Below, in pieces: positions 58,289-64,000 of a DNA stretch of 64,000 nt; within the stretch, counting starts at the first letter, position 1, and each line of letters starts with the position of its first letter. Source of the stretch: an uncultured Methylomirabilota bacterium (lineage in GTDB: Bacteria > Methylomirabilota > Methylomirabilia > Methylomirabilales > 2-02-FULL-66-22). The notes below the pieces were generated by a model. The model saw nothing but the letters and a program-made list of their open reading frames with translations. It was not told where the DNA came from and did no database searches. The DNA lies in assembly GCA_963842855.1 (NCBI GenBank), contig CAWJHW010000004.1:536630-600629 (forward strand), given 5' to 3'. A program made the translations under genes and the position numbers.

Positions 58289-58367
58289 GCCCAACTCCGG
58301 GCTGCAACGGACGGGGCTTCGCCCCGCCGCACGCGACGGGGTGCGCTCAGCCGCCGCCCCGTTAGGC
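58289..58367 (+). repeat. attC-like site, canonical size (79 bp)
   Basis: GCCCAAC...GGCTG...CAGCCGCCGCCCC-GTTAGGC. It shares the 3' arm CCGCCGCCCCGTTAGGC with the giant sites. Confidence 0.55.
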
Positions 58368-58376
58368 GGGCGCCAC

Positions 58377-59234
58377 ATGGGACGCAAGCTGCCACCAATT
58401 GCCGTAGTGCAGCCCGAGTTGCGGGCCGTGGCCCGACTGACACAGCCAGCCCTTGGGCGCTGCGTCATCGACCGGGCATCTCGCAATGCCGGCCTCCATG
58501 CAGTGGTCCTCGGACTCCTCACTTGGGCTCTCGCTGAAGCCTTGTGTATTGCGGAGGCCTGCCGATCTGAGGCACCGCCACAGGGCATCAGTCCGAATGT
58601 GCGATCGATGCTCGAATCACTTATTACGATTCTCTACCTCGCAGACCCCTCAGTGACGCAGCGCGAGCGGAGGCGACGCCTTGATCGGTACTACAGAGGC
58701 GTTCGAAGAGAGCAGGTGAAGCTTCGCAGCGCCCTCGACCTCTACCCAGCCATGAGGGCTGCTCTCATCAAAGACCCTATCCTCATCGATCGCGAGAAAA
58801 CAGAGTTTGCTCGAAAAGAGGCGTTGTTCCCCAAAGCCGAGCAGCTCGGTAGTCGGCACTGGTCTGGTCTACCGCATGGCTTGCAGAGCCTCGCAGAGGC
58901 TGTAGGCTTGGGTTCCGATTACGCGCTTCAGTACAGGCTTCACTCCGGCGCCACGCACGCAAATCGGCCCTGGGATCAGGTGCCGTTTCGTGCACACCGT
59001 TCATCAGTCATTCCGACACTGGCGGAGAACAGGGCGGCCGGCGCTCCGCATTCGTTCGATGCGTTGCGCTATCTGGCATGGTGCCTAGCCGCGGCCCACG
59101 ACTGCGGTGCTCTGACCCTCACCCCAAGCGAGCAAAGGGCCCTGGGTCAGCGTCGACATTATTTGCAGCCGATAGAGGTCCTTTTCGCTAAGGGCATCGT
59201 GGGTAGCGGGCCCATCACCACCCCGACACCGTGA
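58377..59234 (+). CDS. Cassette ORF: hypothetical alpha-helical protein (RLHSGATH motif)
   Basis: The first ATG after the attC core is at 58377. The longer ORF from 58077 would read through the attC site and the previous cassette, so it is rejected. ...LQYRLHSGATHANRPW. Confidence 0.5.
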   Translation: MGRKLPPIAVVQPELRAVARLTQPALGRCVIDRASRNAGLHAVVLGLLTWALAEALCIAEACRSEAPPQGISPNVRSMLESLITILYLADPSVTQRERRRRLDRYYRGVRREQVKLRSALDLYPAMRAALIKDPILIDREKTEFARKEALFPKAEQLGSRHWSGLPHGLQSLAEAVGLGSDYALQYRLHSGATHANRPWDQVPFRAHRSSVIPTLAENRAAGAPHSFDALRYLAWCLAAAHDCGALTLTPSEQRALGQRRHYLQPIEVLFAKGIVGSGPITTPTP

Positions 59235-59241
59235 GCGACCT

Positions 59242-59591
59242 GCCTAACAAGCGCTTGCAGTTGCCGGGCCGCGGACGCAGATTGGCACAGGGTGAGAGGC
59301 ACGTGGTGGGGTGGGTCCGCAACTGAAGCGCTGGCGATGCGCCGACGCGCGCGGCCGTCGCTGCGGTCCAGTCGGATGACCCCGGCTGGCTGGATATCCC
59401 CCAGCCCGGCGGCTCACAATAGGTTGGCCGCGGACCGCGCCGGCGCGAGGCAGTCGGCGCATCGGGGCGGCGGCCTCGGGACGCCGCGTGCTGGGGCCGC
59501 TCGCGCGGCCCATCACGCGGATGCAGCCGGCAGTCGCTCCGGCGAGTTTCCTCGCCGTCCCGCCTGCGGCTGATCCGCCGCCCCGTTAGGC
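59242..59591 (+). repeat. attC-like site, giant composite form (350 bp)
   Basis: GCCTAAC at 59242, 8 nt after the stop, and GTTAGGC at 59585. Contains H1 and H2. Confidence 0.5.
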
Positions 59592-59613
59592 ACCAAGGAG
59601 AACAAGTAGGGGC

Positions 59614-59642
59614 TTGACGGATGGCCTAGTTCTGGCTATGAT
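59614..59642 (+). promoter_or_regulatory. Sigma70-like promoter of the TA cassette
   Basis: TTGACG (59614-59619), a 17-nt spacer, then TATGAT (59637-59642), 10 nt upstream of the toxin ATG. Confidence 0.4.
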
Positions 59643-59651
59643 CTGGCCAGA

Positions 59652-59945
59652 ATGCAATATGACCTCGTCCTGGCGCCTGAGGCTGCTCGCCAGTACACGG
59701 GCCTACCGGCCTATCTCCGCGCCCAGGTTCGCGATGCGCTGGAGAAGCACCTCCGGCATGACCCGGGCAGGACGAGTCGCAGCCGGATCAAGCGCCTCCG
59801 GGGCCTTGTGCGACCCCAATATCGGCTCCGGGTTGGGGAGATCCGCGTCTACTACGACGTGGCGGACCCGGTGGTCGAGATCCTTGCCATCATTCGGAAG
59901 TCAGAGGCCGAGCGCTGGCTGGGAGAAAAGGGTGAGCCCGAATGA
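59652..59945 (+). CDS. RelE/ParE family type II toxin
   Basis: 97 aa, ...RIKRLRGLVRPQYRLRVGEIRVYYDV.D..VEILAI..K. It overlaps the downstream antitoxin by 4 nt. Confidence 0.8.
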   Translation: MQYDLVLAPEAARQYTGLPAYLRAQVRDALEKHLRHDPGRTSRSRIKRLRGLVRPQYRLRVGEIRVYYDVADPVVEILAIIRKSEAERWLGEKGEPE

Positions 59946-60187
59946 AAAGGATTCCGCTGTCTGAAGTGAAGGATGATCTCTCGCGCTGTCTCCGGGAAGC
60001 AGAGAAGGAAGAGGTCGTGATTACCCGCCACGGCAAACCCGCCGGGATTCTCATCGGCTTCGGATCGGAGGACGACTGGTTCGACTATCGGCTGGAGCAC
60101 GACCCACGCTTCCTCAAGCGAATAGAGGCCGCCCGCCGTAGCCTTCGGGTCGGCAAGGGGATCCCTCTTGAGCAACTCGAAGAATGA
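59942..60187 (+). CDS. Phd/YefM family type II antitoxin
   Basis: 81 aa, MKRIPLSEVKDDLSRCLREAEKEEVVITRHGKPAGILIGF. Confidence 0.8.
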   Translation: MKRIPLSEVKDDLSRCLREAEKEEVVITRHGKPAGILIGFGSEDDWFDYRLEHDPRFLKRIEAARRSLRVGKGIPLEQLEE

Positions 60188-60197
60188 CACCCCCGGT

Positions 60198-60260
60198 GCC
60201 TAACACGGCGATGGAGGCCGGCGCCACAAGGCGGCGCGGATCATCGCCCGGACGTTAGAC
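60198..60260 (+). repeat. attC site, canonical (63 bp)
   Basis: GCCTAAC-ac-GGCGATG...CATCGCC-cggac-GTTAGAC. The R''/R' cores and the L''/L' 7-bp pairing, with extra unpaired bases on one arm, match classic attC architecture. Confidence 0.7.
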
Positions 60261-60289
60261 AGGTACGAGGGGAATGAAGAGAAGGGGAG

Positions 60290-60574
60290 CTAGATGCGGC
60301 GGGAGGCGCGATTCTCGTCGCGCCAGAGCCGCCGTCGCTCCCCCGGGCTCAGGCTTCCGTCGCTCTTGAACCGCTGCTCCTCTCCCGCAATGCCCAACTG
60401 CTCTCGCTCGAGCCGGGCCGCCTCACCGGGCTCTGGACCGGGGCTGGCGCGGCGAGCCCGAGGCCCAGAATCAGGCTGCCACTCATTGCCCATGTCAATC
60501 CTGCGCGGCGTCGAGTCACGAATGGCCTCCTTGTGGTAGATTGTCATGAGGAGAATGTCTTGCCATCCATCCAC
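60290..60574 (-). CDS. Hypothetical small protein
   Basis: 94-aa ORF. The C-terminal ...EAARLEREQLGIAGEEQRFKSDGSLSPGERRRLWRDENRASRRI looks like a repetitive charged periplasmic-type protein. Weak support. Confidence 0.3.
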   Translation of the reverse strand: MDGWQDILLMTIYHKEAIRDSTPRRIDMGNEWQPDSGPRARRASPGPEPGEAARLEREQLGIAGEEQRFKSDGSLSPGERRRLWRDENRASRRI

Positions 60575-60671
60575 TTGGCCCGGGTTAGAGGGTTGGGAGG
60601 AGAGAAAGGTTGAATCCTGGCGTCACCTTGTGTAGTCTGTCGCAGTCCCGGTTACGCTTCCGGAGCGAGAC

Positions 60672-61907
60672 ATGTCGCCAAATCAACTCTGGATAGTCAT
60701 CGGCATCTTTGGATTCCTGCTCCTCCTGGGCATGGTCGTTCTGGTGCTCATCCTGCGCCGGCGACCGGGAGGAGACCTGGGGCAAACGGTTCTGGCCAAT
60801 CTCCAGGCGAGCCTGACAGACCTGGGCACCCGGGTTGGTCAACTGTCCGGAGAGGTCCAGGCGGCTACCCGGATCCAGGAGACCGTGCGCTCGGAAGTTG
60901 TTCAGACGCGGGAGCAGGGGCAGGCGGCCGTCCAGCAGACCGCCGAGGCCCTCACCCAGCGGATTCATCAGACCCAGCAGGCCCTCACGTCAGTCACGGA
61001 GCTTGTCCATCAGACGGTCCGAACGCAGGAGCTTTTGGCGCAACATCTCGGACAGGTGCAGGAATCGCTCAGCGGAAATCTCGCGGCCGCCCATCAGGGC
61101 CTGCGAACCGAGATCGTCCAGACCCGGGAGTTGGTCGCCCAGATCCAGGCCGCCGATGAGGTCCGGGAGAAGCACGAGCGGGAGGCCCGGGACGTCCTGA
61201 AGCGCCTGGAGATGGTGCTGGCCGGAACCAAGTCCCGCGGGATCGCCGGCGAGAACATCCTGGGGGCGATCCTGGCGCAGCTTCCCGTGGAGCTTCGCGA
61301 GACGAACCTCACCATCAACAACAAGCCGGTGGAGTTCGCCCTGCGCCTGCCTCACGGACGGCTGCTTCCGATCGACAGCAAGTGGCCGGCGCTGTCCCAA
61401 CTCGAGCGACTGCAGGAGGCGGAGGATCCGGCCGTGCGCAGGGCGCTGGCCGACGAGATCCAGTCCGAGGTGAAGAGGAAGATCCGCGAGGTGGTGAAGT
61501 ACCTCGACCCGGACCGGACGATCCGGCTGGGGGTCCTGGCCGTGCCGGACGCGGTCTTCGACCTGTGCGTGGAGGCGCACGTGGAGGCCTTCAAGCAAGG
61601 GGTCGTCATCATCAGCTACACCCAGGTCATCCCGTACCTGCTGTCCTTGCTACAGGTGATCTTGCGGTTCGGCACTGAGATCGACACGGCCCGCCTGAGC
61701 CAGGCGCTGGCGACCATCGCCGACGCCCTGGAGAAGATGGACAGCGAGGTGGACGGGCGCCTCTCCCGGACGATCACGCAGCTCCAGAACAGCCGGGAGG
61801 ATCTCAAGGCCCATCTGTCCCGGGCGCGCCAGGGGGTGCGGGGCCTCCACGTCGAGACGGATCCATCCGAGCTGCCGGCGGCACCGGAGGAACGGCCCCT
61901 CACCTGA
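60672..61907 (+). CDS. rmuC: DNA recombination protein RmuC
   Basis: N-terminal TM helix, long coiled coil, then ...TKSRGIAGENILGAILAQLP...PVEFALRLPHGRLLPIDSKWP...LAVPDAVF...VVIISYTQVIPYL, which fits the RmuC nuclease-like core. Confidence 0.75.
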   Translation: MSPNQLWIVIGIFGFLLLLGMVVLVLILRRRPGGDLGQTVLANLQASLTDLGTRVGQLSGEVQAATRIQETVRSEVVQTREQGQAAVQQTAEALTQRIHQTQQALTSVTELVHQTVRTQELLAQHLGQVQESLSGNLAAAHQGLRTEIVQTRELVAQIQAADEVREKHEREARDVLKRLEMVLAGTKSRGIAGENILGAILAQLPVELRETNLTINNKPVEFALRLPHGRLLPIDSKWPALSQLERLQEAEDPAVRRALADEIQSEVKRKIREVVKYLDPDRTIRLGVLAVPDAVFDLCVEAHVEAFKQGVVIISYTQVIPYLLSLLQVILRFGTEIDTARLSQALATIADALEKMDSEVDGRLSRTITQLQNSREDLKAHLSRARQGVRGLHVETDPSELPAAPEERPLT

Positions 61908-62083
61908 TCCGTGCCCGCAGCGGAGCCAGCGTCCGGATTCCTTGTCGCGGCCGGTCCCATGTGTTAGGGTCTGGCGGGACTCACGGGTCTCTCGACTGAC
62001 TCGGCTGTTCCGGGGAGGGACGCGGACATCGATATTGCGTAGGCTGCTTCGTGAATGAAGCGGCGAAGAGAAAGGATGGGTGA

Positions 62084-63349
62084 ATGCCTGCAGGCGAATC
62101 CATTCCCTTGTACATCTGCGCCCCCTTCGTAATCTTCCTGATTCTCATCGCCGTCATGCCCTTGGCCCTTCCGCATTTCTGGGAGAAGAACCGGAACAAG
62201 GCGATCGTGTCGGCCCTGGTCAGCATTCCGGTGCTGCCCTTCCTGATCACCCGCCTCCCGGTTGAGCTGGGCCGCACCGTCGAGGATTACATTTCCTTCA
62301 TTATCCTGTTGGCTTCGCTGTTCATCATCTCGGGCGGCATTTTGCTGACAGGTGACCTGCGAGCGACTCCGGCAGTGAATACCTCGTTCCTGTTCCTCGG
62401 GGCGGTGATATGCAACCTGATCGGCACAACAGGCGCGAGCATGCTGCTCATCCGCCCGCTCTTGAAGACGAACAGCGAGAGGAAGTACACCTACCACATC
62501 CCCGTGTTCTTCATCTTTGTCGTGTCCAATATCGGCGGAAGCTTGACGCCTCTGGGGGATCCCCCGTTGTTCCTGGGGTATCTGAGGGGGGTTCCCTTCG
62601 CCTGGACATTAAACCTCTTCCCGATGTGGCTGACCGCCCTGGCCATCGTCCTGGTCGTCTTCTATGTGTGGGATACCTGGTGTTACCGAAAGGAAAGTCC
62701 GGCAGACATCCAGCGTGACCGTGCGATGGCAACGCCGCTTCGCGTGTCGGGCACGCTGAACCTGCTGTTTCTGTTGGTCGTGATCCTCTCGGTGTTCCTC
62801 CAGTTCCGCTTCCCCTACCGGGAGTTGACGATGGTGGCCATGAGCATCCTCTCGATGGCATTCACGAAGAAAGGGCTGCGGGACCAACACGGGTTCACGT
62901 TCGCGCCCATCTCGGAGGTGGCCATCCTCTTCGCCGGGATCTTCGTCACCATGGTGCCGCTGCTCACGCTGCTCCGGATAAAGGGCGCGGCGCTGGGCAT
63001 CACGCAACCCTGGCAATTCTTCTGGCTCTCGGGGGGCCTGAGCTCCTTCCTCGACAACGCGCCAACGTACCTGACCTTCTCCTCGCTGGCGGAGAGCGTC
63101 ACCCGGAGCCAGAGCATCGCGGGCATCCCGTCTATCGCCGGTGTCCGGGCGGACCTGCTGCGCGCCATCAGTTGCGGCTCGGTCTTCATGGGGGCGAACA
63201 CGTATATTGGAAACGGACCGAACTTTATGGTAAAAGTAATCGCCGAGGAGCAAGGTGTGGCGGTGCCGCATTTCTTTGGGTACATGCTGTATTCCGGGTT
63301 GGTGCTCATCCCGACGTTCCTGGTCATCACCGTGGTATTTTTTCTGTAG
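62084..63349 (+). CDS. Polytopic ion transporter (ArsB/NhaD-permease superfamily; sodium:proton antiporter-like)
   Basis: 421 aa with about 10-12 hydrophobic segments. N-terminal ...IAVMPLALPHFWEKNRNKAIV... is typical of this permease group. Confidence 0.6.
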   Translation: MPAGESIPLYICAPFVIFLILIAVMPLALPHFWEKNRNKAIVSALVSIPVLPFLITRLPVELGRTVEDYISFIILLASLFIISGGILLTGDLRATPAVNTSFLFLGAVICNLIGTTGASMLLIRPLLKTNSERKYTYHIPVFFIFVVSNIGGSLTPLGDPPLFLGYLRGVPFAWTLNLFPMWLTALAIVLVVFYVWDTWCYRKESPADIQRDRAMATPLRVSGTLNLLFLLVVILSVFLQFRFPYRELTMVAMSILSMAFTKKGLRDQHGFTFAPISEVAILFAGIFVTMVPLLTLLRIKGAALGITQPWQFFWLSGGLSSFLDNAPTYLTFSSLAESVTRSQSIAGIPSIAGVRADLLRAISCGSVFMGANTYIGNGPNFMVKVIAEEQGVAVPHFFGYMLYSGLVLIPTFLVITVVFFL

Positions 63350-63510
63350 CGCAATTCCATTTTGTGTCGGATGATCGGGGTGGGTGGACCGGATGCCCGG
63401 GGATGATCCTGTCCGGCTGGGAGCGCGGGCCACAGGCCCAGAGGGAGCCGGCGAGCACCCTCCGGGCTGCACGGCAATGATCCGGGGCTCGGCTGGAGGA
63501 ATGCGGCGAG

Positions 63511-64000
63511 ATGCCTGACAAGGTGAGCATCGGGCAGATGCTGCGGAAGCAGCGGGAGGAGCGCGGCCTCAGTCCCGAGCAGGCGGCGTACCAGAGCAAG
63601 GTCCCGCTCCGGTTGCTCGAGGCCCTGGAGGCGGACGACTACCGCATGCTGCCGGATCCGGCCTATCTGATCGGCCTCCTGCACGAGTATAGCCTGTTGC
63701 TTAAGCTGGATTCGAACGCGCTGGAGGCGGAGTTCCGCAGCGCCATCCGTCGCCCGCCCGGGGGGTTCGTGGCGCCGGCTCCGCCGCAGCCCGCGCCGCC
63801 GCCGATCCCGTGGAAGCACGTCCTTTGGACTGCCGCCGCGATTCTGATCGTCACGCCCCTGGTGTTCATTGCGCTGTCACTGGCCTCCAAACGGGCGGCG
63901 GACCGTCCCGCCCCTCCGCAAGTGGCCGAGCGCCCCAGCGAGGAACGGGCGCCGGTCGAGGAGGCGGGTCCGGCGCCGGCGGAGCAGATCCCCGCCGCGG
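63511..64000 (+). CDS. RodZ-like helix-turn-helix membrane protein (partial, runs off the window)
   Basis: Not in the ORF track because no stop falls inside the window. The ATG at 63511 follows GGAGGA. MPDKVSIGQMLRKQREERGLSPEQAAYQSKVPLRLLEALEADDY, a Pro-rich linker, a TM segment (VLWTAAAILIVTPLVFIAL), then a Pro/Ala-rich tail. Confidence 0.6.
   Translation, partial: MPDKVSIGQMLRKQREERGLSPEQAAYQSKVPLRLLEALEADDYRMLPDPAYLIGLLHEYSLLLKLDSNALEAEFRSAIRRPPGGFVAPAPPQPAPPPIPWKHVLWTAAAILIVTPLVFIALSLASKRAADRPAPPQVAERPSEERAPVEEAGPAPAEQIPAA

Noticed and set aside
58077-58376. 5' extension of the cassette ORF (the track gives 58077..59234, 385 aa).
   Set aside because: The extension reads through the preceding cassette's 3' end and the attC-like site at 58289-58367 in another gene's territory. 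The first ATG after the GTTAGGC core (58377) is the sensible start.

Overview
Visibly high-GC bacterial chromosomal accessory region with lower-GC cargo islands. It is packed with mobile-element debris and defence or toxin-type genes, and it ends in core-like genes (rmuC, a permease, a RodZ-like gene). All family calls come from motif recognition by eye; no searches were run.

Layout:
1. 0.3-12.3 kb: a VOC-fold gene, then nested mobile elements. These are an IS110-family element in a hairpin target, and a group II intron whose RT ORF is split by a 2.76-kb serine-recombinase element and then hit by a second intron 5' fragment. An amidohydrolase-like island, an IS66 fragment, and an IS1634-like transposase abutting a Sel1 pseudogene follow.
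2. 12.6-16.7 kb: a secreted thermonuclease (frameshifted) and two nuclease-fusion genes (PUA/EVE-like + NucS-like; sensor + FokI-like).
3. 16.6-33.7 kb: one long minus-strand operon of DUF499 ATPase, DUF1156 methyltransferase and SNF2/DUF3883 helicase. It carries embedded PIN-TA, AlbA_2, PHP-ATPase and Fic genes, plus stacked remnants of the helicase 3' end.
4. 33.9-49.0 kb: three ~135-nt direct repeats delimit a reversed DarG/DarT-like pair (with a decayed SRAP gene) and a four-gene PUA-like / SbcD-like / SbcC-YhaN-like (IS701-disrupted) / Ski2-like helicase-nuclease operon. This operon is the best candidate for an undescribed system.
5. 49.3-51.9 kb: gene fragments and an IS1595 element.
6. 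52.9-60.3 kb: an integron-like cassette array without an integrase. It has two canonical-size attC sites and four unusually long composite ones. Cargo is HEPN-motif proteins, one IS3-disrupted ORF and a RelE/Phd cassette.

Several ORFs carry single-base frameshifts in or near G/C runs. These may be sequencing errors rather than true pseudogenes.
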